Of a DNA stretch of 64,000 bases, positions 23,914 through 33,190 are shown piece after piece; within the stretch, counting starts at the first letter, position 1, and each line of letters opens with the position of its first letter. Source of the DNA: an uncultured Planctomycetaceae bacterium (lineage in GTDB: Bacteria > Planctomycetota > Planctomycetia > Pirellulales > PALSA-1355); the NCBI GenBank assembly GCA_963785305.1, contig CAWAUV010000007.1, positions 800,001 through 864,000 of the forward strand, written 5' to 3'. The position numbers were made by a program, and so were the translations under genes. The notes below the pieces were generated by a model, which was not told the DNA's origin, searched no databases, and saw nothing but the letters and a program-made list of their open reading frames with translations.

Positions 23914-23940
23914 TTCAAGGGATTGTTAGTTGTTGGAAGG
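23914..23940 (+). promoter_or_regulatory. Predicted Cascade target of the mini-array spacer (PAM TTC 23914-23916, protospacer from 23917)
   Basis: Site AAGGGATTGTTAGTTGTTGG vs spacer GAGGGATTGTTTGCTGTTGG (17/20). Confidence 0.75.
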
Positions 23941-23950
23941 TAAATTACGA

Positions 23951-23979
23951 TTGACTTTCGCGCCGCGACCAGCAACAAT
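23951..23979 (+). promoter_or_regulatory. Candidate divergent sigma70 promoter
   Basis: TTGACT, 17 bp, AACAAT. Confidence 0.4.
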
Positions 23980-24050
23980 CTCGCTATACGTGGCGAAACC
24001 CGCAGCATGTCCGCCCTGGAAGGATGACGTGCGCGGGCCTCGGGTGAGGC

Positions 24051-24091
24051 GGAGCCACGATGGGCCCAGCCCTCTGGCCTATCGTGGCTCC
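24051..24091. other. Strong stem-loop
   Basis: GGAGCCACGATGGGCC / GGCCTATCGTGGCTCC, 16-bp stem with one G-U pair and a 9-nt loop. Confidence 0.8.
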
Positions 24092-24135
24092 TTCAAGCCG
24101 AGTCGTCAATTACCATTCCGAGGGCCGAGACGTGA

Positions 24136-24423
24136 ATGGCGATGATGATCGGAGGACTGGATTTCGATGTGTGGGCCTCTCCGGACGTGTTTCGTGACGA
24201 GCCGGGGGTGTGGGCGGTGCTGGACAGCAGCCGAAGAACGGTGATCGACGTGCGGGGGTCGGACGACGTGCGCGCCGCGGCGTGGGCGTACGAGGAATCG
24301 ATCCCAAGCGCGATCCCCGGGAACTGGTGGCACGCGGCGCATTATACCGCTGCCGCGAGTCCCGAGCGGGCAGCGATCGCCGACGGCATTCGGGCGCGCT
24401 GCGGTCCGTCGCCGCTGGGGTAG
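24136..24423 (+). CDS. Small protein resembling degenerate stand-alone GIY-YIG domain proteins
   Basis: Motif order PGVWAVLD...VIDVRGSDDVR...HYT...ERAAIADGIRARCGP follows the GVY..DVGES..R..IE..IR..P pattern, but the catalytic residues are altered. Confidence 0.5.
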   Translation: MAMMIGGLDFDVWASPDVFRDEPGVWAVLDSSRRTVIDVRGSDDVRAAAWAYEESIPSAIPGNWWHAAHYTAAASPERAAIADGIRARCGPSPLG

Positions 24424-24431
24424 GCTTCGCG

Positions 24432-24463
24432 TCGGTCAGTCCGGCATGCGCCGGGCTGACCGA
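24432..24463. terminator. Hairpin after the small ORF, possible terminator
   Basis: TCGGTCAGTCCGGC-ATGC-GCCGGGCTGACCGA; no U-tract directly adjacent. Confidence 0.45.
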
Positions 24464-24640
24464 TCTATCGTCACTCGCCGCGTTTTTCGCGAACTTTGCG
24501 ACATCGGGGGCCGAGCCTAAAAAACCTTCTCGCCTGACACTGTACAAAAATACAAATCCGTGTTAGAAAATCGGCCCCGCAAAATTCTTTTGTTTTCGCC
24601 GTGACTTTATCTTCGCCGTACTCTTCGCGAGCGCTCGCTG

Positions 24641-27480
24641 GTGGAATCGATTAAACAATCATTCGTGGCTTCGCTGTTACCTGCCGATTTGTTTCCGTGG
24701 CAGGAGCGTTTTCGAGCGCACTTGCGGGCTGGCGAGTTCGACAAGATCGCCGACTGCCGCATTCCCACCGGGCTCGGCAAAACCGCCGTGATTGCATTGT
24801 GGCTTTCGGCCCTGGCGGAGCGGCCCGAGGTGGTGCCGCGGCGGCTGGTGTATGTGGTCAACCGTCGCACGGTCGTCGATCAGGCCAGTGACGAGGCGCG
24901 GGGCTGCTCGATGCGATTCAGCAAGATGCCCCCCTACGCGAACGTTTGTCATCGCTGTGCCTGGACGGTTGGTCGGACCGCAAGGATGATTGGTCGCCGC
25001 TGGCCGTGAGCACGCTTCGCGGCCAATTGGCCGATAACCAAGAGTGGCGCATCGATCCATCGCGGCCCGCGGTGATTGTCGGCACCGTCGACATGATCGG
25101 CAGCCGGTTGCTGTTCCAAGGCTATGGCTGCGGCTTTCGTTCGCGGCCACTGCACGCCGGGCTGCTCGGCCAAGATGTGCTGCTGGTGCATGACGAGGCT
25201 CACTTGGAACCGGCGTTTCAAGCACTGGTCGAAGGCATTCGAAAGGAACAACTGCGAGCCGGTGACGTGCGACCGCTCAGAATCGTGACGCTGACGGCCA
25301 CGCCGCGGGGCGGCTCTCAGCCGCTCTCGCTCGACGAGGCTGATAGGCGGCATCCGGAAGTTCGCAAGCGCCTTTCGGCCAAAAAACGGCTGGAATTGCA
25401 TGGCGTCGCGGACGTGAAAAAGCATCCGCAAGAGATCGCAAAACTGGCGTTGCGCCATAAGGACTCTGGCGCGGCGGTGCTCGTGTATGTGCGCACAATC
25501 GCCGACGTGCGGCGAGTGGAAGATTTACTTTCCAAAGAACTCAAGGATCGGACGAACGGTCGGATTGCTCAATTGACCGGCGCCATGCGAGGCTGGGAGC
25601 GAGACCGCATGGCGAATGAGAATCCCATCTTTGCCCGATTCAAGCCGGGCGCCGAGCCGAGCCCGGACAACCAGGCAGTTTACCTCATCTGCACTTCGGC
25701 GGGCGAGGTCGGGGTAAATATCTCGGCGCGCCATATGGTATGCGATCTATCGACATTCGAAAGCATGGCGCAGAGGTGCGGTAGAGTGAACCGCTTCGGC
25801 CTAGGGGACGCGGAGATCGATGTGGTTCATCCGTTGGAATTCGCATCTGAAAAAGACGAGTTGGAAGAGCGGCGTCGGCTGACGCTGCTGCTGCTTAAGA
25901 AGCTCGACCACGACGCGAGCCCGGCGGCGTTTGACGCGCTCGCCGCGAACGTCGAGCGCGAGGAAATCGAGAACGCTTTCGCGCCGACTCCGGTCATCAA
26001 GCACGCGACGGACATTCTTTACGACGCATGGGCAATGACCACGATCATGGGCTCGCTGCCTGGGCGCCCGGCGGTGGCGGAATATTTGCATGGCGTCGAG
26101 GACGGAAAGCGAGCGGAAACCCAAGTGGCTTGGCGAGACGAAGTGCAGTTGCTTGGCGAGGAGCAATTGGCCCTCGCGTCGCCCGGCGATTTGCTCGAAG
26201 ACTATCCGCTGAAGCCGCATGAGTTGCTGCGCGACGCTACTGTGCGCGTGGTTGCCGAGTTGGAGCGGATCGTCGAACGGCTGGATGCCGAAGCGCCGGG
26301 TAAGAGCGAAACGCTTCGTGCGTGGGTCGTCGCGCGAGATGGCACGGTGCAATGGTATCCGCTGATGGAACTCGTCGCGCTGGACCGTCGTGGCGAATGG
26401 ATAATCGACCTACGCGACTGCACCGTGATTTTGCCGCCGCGAGCCGGAGGGCTCACGTTCGGGCACTCCGCGGGCTTTTTGAACGGCGGCAAGGCATGGA
26501 CGGCAGATGTTCAATATGACATTTCCGATCAGTGGAGCGACCAGTCGGGGCGCCCCATGCGTTCTCGCGTCCGCCGAAGGGCGGAAGCAATCAGTCCACC
26601 GGCCAAGCTGGGGGCAAGAGGTCGGCTCGTGCGGCAGCTTGTTTTGAGCATGCCGGACGACGAGAAAGGCGCCGAACAGGAAGCCGATGATTCATCGTCG
26701 CCAGTGAATAGCGTGCCGGAGCTTAAGGAGTCGCCCGAATTGCGAGCCTCCGGGATCGAGGCGATTGAAACCGAAGTAGGCGTGAAGGAATCTGAGGGCT
26801 CAAGCGATGACGCGGCAATCGACGTTTCCTCGTCGCGGGAAAACGATACGCTCGACGAAGAAAGCACGACGGATGAACAAGATGCTCCGCAATTGTGGTG
26901 TTGGTTCGTGCGGGTGAATGTGCCCGAGGGAGACGCCTCGAAGCATTCGAGAGAGCCGATCGCGCTTCAGGCCCATCTTGATGATGTAAGCCGCGTGGCC
27001 GCCGATTTGGCTGAAAAGCTGAAGTTGCCGAGCGAAATCAAGCAGGTTTTGGCGGAAGCTGGGCAGTCGCACGACACGGGCAAGAATCGCCGTTTTTGGC
27101 AGCGTTCGATCGGCAATCATGATCTAGACCGAGTTCTGGCGAAGTCAGGGAGCCGCGGCAGGGGGCTGGAGATTGGATTCAGCTATCGCCACGAGTTCGG
27201 ATCGCTGCTGGATTTGCAGCGCGGCACTGGGTCGAACGCGGGGGCGACCTCGGACATCGAAGGATTCCGGGATTTGCTGCTCCATTGCGTCGCCGCCCAT
27301 CACGGCCGGGTGCGCCTCACTTTCCGGCGGACGAGTGCGAAGCGCGAGCCGACGCGGCGATTCAGCAAGCAATCGCCGAGGAAGTTCCGCGGCGTTTCGC
27401 CCGGTTGCAGCGCAAGCATGGCCGCTGGGGGTTAGCTTACTTCGAATCGCTGCTGCGCACGGCCGACTATTGGGCTAGCG
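24641..27480 (+). CDS. cas3: Type I-G Cas3 (SF2 helicase with C-terminal HD nuclease); frameshifts ~24905 and ~27310; reads in frame into Cas8g
   Basis: IPTGLGKT, VYVVNRRTVVDQ, HDEAH, QRCGRVNRFG; HD motifs SHDTGK, HEFGS, AAHHG, LRTAD. Confidence 0.93.
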
Positions 27481-28362
27481 CCCGACCAACGGAGGAAAGC
27501 GAAGTTGCTCCCCGAGTGGCGGTCGCCGCAGTGTCGGCCATCGCGACAAAACCGGCTCCAGCGGCTCGCCTTAAAGGCGTGAACTCCGACTACCGCATCG
27601 CCGCCGATCCGACGAACCCAGGCCAGTTCTTCGCCTGCTGCGGTTTGCTCGATCTGGCCGATCGACTTTGGCCGAAAGACAACGTGGAAGGGTGGTTCGA
27701 CGACGGAGGGTTTTCTCTCCGTATCCCGGAAGAATTCTCGGTGCTGGTGGAGACGCTGGCGAATGCGGCCATCGAGCAGCTTGATGCGAATGACGATTAC
27801 GGTTCCGCGCTTCGGCTCGGCCCGCCAATCGATCTGACGCTCGACTGGTGGAAGGACGACCGGCCCGAGCTGAGAGGACTTAAGGTTTGGGCCGGCAGCA
27901 TGCGCCGTGCGCATTGCGCGAGCGATGAAGCAGACATTGACTCGTCCCGAACTGCGGAGCGCCGATCTGCTGAACCGCGGGATGGTGGTCTACGACCCTT
28001 TGGAGCCCGATAAGAAAGTCGAACCCTTCTACTTCGACGCGCGGCGCGGCGCGAGCGCTCTACCGCTGGATATCGGCTTCGTGCCGGACGCGTTCAACAT
28101 GACGACAACGGCTTATCCGGCCGTCGAAATACTGTGCCTGATTGGCTTGCAGCGAGGCTGCCCGCGGTCGACGAAGGCGCCCCGCGTCTTCGAGTACCAG
28201 ACATGGTCCGTGCCGAGGGCCGCTTCGCTGATCTCTCCCGCTTTGTGTGGACATTTGCCGGATCGAAGCGCCCAGTGTTACCGGTTCGAAAGCAGCTTCC
28301 GCACGACACAACGTAAACATAAGAGTTTCTTGCCTGCTTTTCCCGTTGGAGAAAAACTATGA
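27481..28362 (+). CDS. cas8g: Cas8g (Cas8u2-like) large subunit, apparently fused to the Cas3 C-terminus; frameshift ~27905
   Basis: DPTNPGQFFACCGLLDLA, LDWW, KVWAG, PFYFDAR, YPAVEILCLIGLQR; stop overlaps the cas7 start. Confidence 0.8.
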
Positions 28363-29429
28363 GCGACACGCGTTTCGATCACTGGCTGGATGACCGTGGC
28401 CCGGCGGCGCTTGTGATCCGCGAATACCTGATGCCGGTCGACGGCGACAACGGCGTGATCTTTCCGGCCACGTTCGCGGCGGGCGACACATTCAAGGGCG
28501 GCTACAACATCGATAGCACCGGCGAAAATCTTGGCGAGAATGTCTGCCTGATCGACACCGTCGGCTCGCAAGCCAATCGGATCGAGCCGCTCTTCGCGAA
28601 GGCTGACTATCAGAAGCTCGTGCCGCAGATCATCATTCAAGCTGGCGAAAAGCAGGTGAATTTGTTGGAGGCGGGCCATCGCGCCGGCGACGCCGTTATC
28701 CGTTGCACCGAATTGCAGGCCGACGTGCGAAAGGCGTTCGAGTCGGCTCTGCGCGGCGACGTGGAGCCGCTGGCGAAGATCGCTCCCACGTCGCTCGTGT
28801 TCGGCGTGTGGGATTCGCGCGACACGCAGGCGAAATTGCAGCGGCTCGTGAGTTCGACGATCCGAGCGTTTAATGTGCGAACTCTCACCCGTAGCGCGCA
28901 ATTCAATCCCGCGGTCGATTACATCGGGCAGGGGCTGTTGGAGGCAACCGACGATAAGAAACGTCGCGACGAATATGCTCAGCGAGGATTCGTGCATGTT
29001 CCGGCGTCGGCCGCGCACGGCGGCGTGATCGCCAACGGCGGAATCCGTCGCGATGCGATTCTCGGCCTGGCGGCGCTCCGCTCGCTGAAAGCCGCCACGC
29101 CGGAGCGAACCCGTGATCTACAGCGCTACATCCTCGGCCTGGCGCTGACGGCCTTCACCGCTCGCGCTGAATGCCATCTGCGGCAAGGCTGCATCTTGGT
29201 GCTGGATCCAGAAAAGCCTCGCTCCTTCGACGAGGTGGGCGTCGATGGCCAACGACGCCCGGTAAGTCTCGGCCATGACGACGCCACGGCCTATGCCGCC
29301 GCGGTTGCGGGAGATTTCGGCGTCGGCCCCAATCGCACGGTGAACTTCGACAATAAACGGGCAGTCGCCGACTTGGACGGAACCGGCGAAGGCGCTCCAA
29401 AACGTAAGAAGAAGGCCGCCAAGCAGTAG
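28359..29429 (+). CDS. cas7: Type I-G Cas7 (Csb1)
   Basis: IFPATFA, CLIDTVGSQANRIE, HRAGDA, PTSLVFGVWDSR, LRQGCIL. Confidence 0.95.
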   Translation: MSDTRFDHWLDDRGPAALVIREYLMPVDGDNGVIFPATFAAGDTFKGGYNIDSTGENLGENVCLIDTVGSQANRIEPLFAKADYQKLVPQIIIQAGEKQVNLLEAGHRAGDAVIRCTELQADVRKAFESALRGDVEPLAKIAPTSLVFGVWDSRDTQAKLQRLVSSTIRAFNVRTLTRSAQFNPAVDYIGQGLLEATDDKKRRDEYAQRGFVHVPASAAHGGVIANGGIRRDAILGLAALRSLKAATPERTRDLQRYILGLALTAFTARAECHLRQGCILVLDPEKPRSFDEVGVDGQRRPVSLGHDDATAYAAAVAGDFGVGPNRTVNFDNKRAVADLDGTGEGAPKRKKKAAKQ

Positions 29430-29440
29430 GACCCGATCCA

Positions 29441-30972
29441 ATGCCAACTTGTTTCGTAATCACGGTGCGGTTTCTCGCCGAGTCGTTTCACGGGCGCGGT
29501 GAAGACGGCGAACCGGAATGGCCACCTTCGCCGTTGCGCGTTTACCAGGCCCTGGTGTCGGCGGAGGCGCGGCATTTCGGCTCACGTTTTCACGAACTGG
29601 CCGCCAGCCCATTGCGATGGCTTGAGACGCTCCCGCCGCCTTTGGTCGTGGGGCCCCGTGGGTCGGCGGCAGCGCCGTATTGCCTGTCGGTCCCTAACAA
29701 CGCGATGGATATCGTCGCCGCTGCTTGGTCGCGCGGCAATTACACTAATCAAGGCGATGCCAATCCGGCCACGCATCGCACCATGAAGATGGTCAGCCCA
29801 TACCGTGTCGGCTCGGACCCTGTTCATTTCGTTTGGACGTTGCCCGCCGCGGCCGATGACGCCATGCTCGGCTACATCGAGACGTTGCAGTTGCTCGGCC
29901 GCCGCTTGACGGTGCTCGGCTGGGGAATTGATCCGGTTGTGGCGGAAGCTCAGGTGCTCGACGTGGATGCCACCGATGGATTAACAGGCGAGCGCTGGAT
30001 CCCCACATCGGCGGGCGCCGGCGTCACCCGGCGAGCGCCGGTTTCTGGAACTTTCGACGATCTAGAGTCTAGGCACGCGGCTTTTCTCACGCGTGTTCCC
30101 AGTCCAGAGATGTTTGTTCCTCCGCCGCCCTTGCGAGTGTTTCAAGAAGCTCATTACCTTCGCGCCGACGAGGTGGCGCCGCGAGCGGTTGCCGCGTTTC
30201 AGCTCTTGAAGCCCGATGCCTCGGGCCACGCCGCCTTCGACACACCGCGCCGGGCATTGCGCTTGGTCGGTATGCTTCGTCACGCGGTCCAAGTCGCGGC
30301 GCGAGACGGTGGTTGGTCGGAGGAAAAAATTGCCCGGTTTGTCCTCGGGCATGGTGAAGCTCGCGGTGAGCAGCATCGCCCGGTCCGCGCGGGTCGCTTC
30401 GCTTTTTTGCCGCTTCCAAGCATCGAGTATCGGGGGCGCGGTAAGTCCCATGCGGTCGGCGCGGTTCGACGTTTGCTGATCACGTGCTTGGGAAATGAAG
30501 GCGCGGCTGAAGTCGTTTGGGCCCGCCGCGCCCTGGGCGCCAGCGAGCTGGTCGACGAATCGACAGGCGCCGCTCGCGCGCTTTGTCGCTGATCCCGGCG
30601 GGCGACAGGATCGTCAGGCGGTATCTTGAGCCTTCGAGCGAATGGACGAGCGTGACCCCGGTGATCTTGCCCGGCTTCGACGATCGCGACGATCGTAAGA
30701 CGGAGCGATTGCTCCGCAAAGCGCTTTGCCAGAGCGGCATTCCGGCCGCGCTCGCTGATCGGGCCGAGCTCGACTGGGGAGGCGGATTTTTGCCGGGCTT
30801 GACGCTGCCGAAGGATTATGGTGTGCCCAGTCATCTGCAAAACCACGCTCGTTGGCACGTAAAAATTCGCTGGCGCGATGCGCGAGGTCGCCCCGTGCAA
30901 GTGCCCGGCCCGTTAGCTATCGGGGGCGGTCGATTTTTCGGCGTGGGCTTGCTGACGTCCATCGGCGCGTAA
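29441..30972 (+). CDS. csb2: Csb2 (Cas5/Cas6 fusion, crRNA processing); frameshift ~30580
   Basis: EWPPSPLRVYQALV, LGWGID, WTSVTPVILP and C-terminal Cas6 G-loop GPLAIGGGRFFGVGL. Confidence 0.93.
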
Positions 30973-31035
30973 CATCGGCACTCAACCGGCACTTCGAAAC
31001 TGTCGCTTCTTTTTGCGGCGACACTTGCCGGTGGC

Positions 31036-31093
31036 TGTGGTGGACCCCGTTTTTCGGACCACCGGGCTAGATGGAAAAACGGGGTCCACTCCA
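31036..31093. mobile_element. 58-bp IS3-family-like remnant: two terminal inverted repeats with the interior missing
   Basis: TGTGGTGGACCCCGTTTTTC ... GAAAAACGGGGTCCACTCCA (18/20 inverted match, TG...CA ends). Confidence 0.55.
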
Positions 31094-31273
31094 TAGGCCG
31101 AAAGAAAACAACTCGAAGCCGCCAAACGCCGCTTGGCCCGCCGTCAAGGCTGTCGCTCCGCCCGGGCTGCTCCGCCCGGCCCGGCTCAAGCCCGCACGCC
31201 ACTCCACCGCTCGACGGCCAACTCTCCCCCGCCCCCAATCGACATGGGGCTTGTGTGCGATTACTCATCAACG

Positions 31274-31309
31274 ATATCCGCGGTCAGCAGACCGCGGCCG
31301 CATTGATGT
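31274..31309 (+). CRISPR. Solitary CRISPR repeat upstream of the type III operon
   Basis: ATATCCGCGGTCAGCAGACCGCGGCCGCATTGATGT, 31/36 to consensus with the stem intact; opposite orientation to the main array. Confidence 0.85.
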
Positions 31310-31673
31310 ATCCTTCGCCGCGAAACGGCGGCCGCGCGCCGTCGCTCGTCACGCCCTCGGTTCGTGGCGTAGTTTTGGGCGACGATGCTTGCTGGATTCG
31401 CGGGGGCCACACGCTCCAGAAGTTCAGCACGCGTCCGGGCCTCGCTTTCTTGCAGTCGCCGAATTGCGCCCATTTCGCCTGAATTCCTCGCGTAAATGCC
31501 TGCCGGCAGGACTCCCCTTCTTGAAGGAATGAGCGCCATGAGCACTAATTGGATTTCTATTTCTTGCCGCGAATGGCTTTCAGTATCCGCCAAGGCTATA
31601 TTGCCGGACTTCTCTTCGACATTGCGATTGCAACTTCGCAGACTCAGTTCGCTTGAGCTTTCAAAGGACCCGC

Positions 31674-33190
31674 ATGAGTCGCGTTCATATCGAGCTTCAA
31701 CGCGTGCAAACCTGGCTCTTCGCGGTCCCCCGACTGCGCGCGATGGTCGGCGCCAACGCGCTCCTGGGCGACGTCTTGCGCGTCACGCTGCCGCAGCTTG
31801 CGCGCAAAAGAAACGTGACTGGAAATTGGCGGCGAGCAACGGCGATTACCCCGCCGCCGACACGAGCGATCCACTGAAGGACCACGATGATCCCGCCGCC
31901 GATGCAAAGGACGGCATCCTCGCGCGCGATGGTGGTCACTTCGAGGCACTCTTCGAGAGCGGCGCGGAGGCGTTCGCCCACGAGGCAAGTTGCCGCCTGC
32001 GGTCGAACGTGCCGGGGTTGCGGTTTCGTGTGTCGATCGACGGAACGCCCCTCGCCAAGAGTCAGTCGCATCTCTCCACCGAGTTGCCAGTGTTCGCCCC
32101 CTGCGAGTGGACTGGGCGCGGCCTCGCGTCTGCCATCATCGGGCAAGGCGCCGACCGGCTTCCCGTCTCGCTCGACGTCAAGCGGCGGCACACGGCAGCG
32201 CAGGATGCTGAAGCTTGGAAGTCAAAGGACATCGCGAGCCTGCTCGGCGCGACGACCAAGCTGAAACTTCTCGGGCGCGCGAAAAAATTGGAGGATTTGG
32301 TGGGCAACGGCTACCTCGCGCTCATCCACGCCGATGGCAACGGTGTCGGCAGTGGCGCCGGCAAGACCGACGGCGAACGAGCACGATTCTTCCATCGCAA
32401 CCGAATGCTGCTGCGGCGTGCGTTGAGGGTCGCGATCGACAAGCATTGTCGGGATAACTGCCCTGACACGAAAGTGGCGCCGCTTATTCCGTTGATGCTC
32501 GGCGGCGACGACCTCTTGCTCGTGAGTCGGGCCGCAGTCGCGCTGCCCTTCATTGTCACACTCTGCGAGAAATTGGAGTCGCTCCAGCAGGGCAGCACTG
32601 GCTTCAAACTGACCCTCGGGGTCGGCGCGGTGTTCGCCAAATACACCATTCCCATTCACCGGCTGCACGAGGTCGTCGAGCAACTCGTCGGCTCGGCGAA
32701 GCGACGCGTTCGTGGGCTGAAAGACGACGCGGCAAAAGTCTCGGTCGTTGATTGGGCCGTCTACAGCACGGCCTGGGTCGACGATCCCATCGACGTGCGT
32801 CGGCGTGACTGGCTGCGCGGTGGCGGCAACGGAAACGAGTTGCGCGTGCTCTCGCAGCGGCCTCTCGACGTGCTCGGACACGGCCTCGACACGTTGCAGG
32901 GGCTGGTCCGCGGCGCCAAGCAACTCGCGGGCGCGCCGCGATCGCAGTTCCGTTATCTCGTCGATCAGCTCCCACGTGGACAGGCGCTCTCGGAGTTGGC
33001 GTTCGCCGAGTTGCCACCAGATGTGAAGCGACGACTCGAGAAAGCAGGCATGAAAACCCCGTGGCGACGAGTGGCGGAAAACGGGCCGTGGTTGACCGAG
33101 CTGCTCGATCTGGTCGAGATCACCGAGATCGCTCGTCTGGGTCGCAACGTTGAACTTGTCGATGCCAAGCAGGAGGACGCCCATGCCTAA
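31674..33190 (+). CDS. cas10: Compact Cas10 (about 505 aa, no HD domain, intact GGDD); frameshift ~31810
   Basis: ATG 31674 with AAGGA RBS; IELQRVQTWLFAVPRLRAMVGAN, GGHF, ALIHADGNGVG, LMLGGDDLLL. Confidence 0.9.

Noticed and set aside
23965..23985. Second partial match of the mini-array spacer over the plus-strand -10 (GCGAGATTGTTGCTG on minus)
   Set aside because: Needs a gap, has seed mismatches and lacks a TTN PAM.
24432..24463. Hairpin containing CGGTCAG/CTGACCG resembling the CRISPR repeat stem
   Set aside because: No ATTGAAG handle or CCGCGG flanks; treated as an ordinary hairpin.
24606..24618. TTT-ATCTTCGCCG upstream of cas3 as a target of the sequence after the solitary repeat
   Set aside because: Only about 10 nt and requires an indel; chance level.
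31496..31673. N-terminal extension of Cas10 given by the ORF track
   Set aside because: The real start is ATG 31674 in another frame, with an RBS and a Cas10-like N-terminus; the extension arises from the frameshift.
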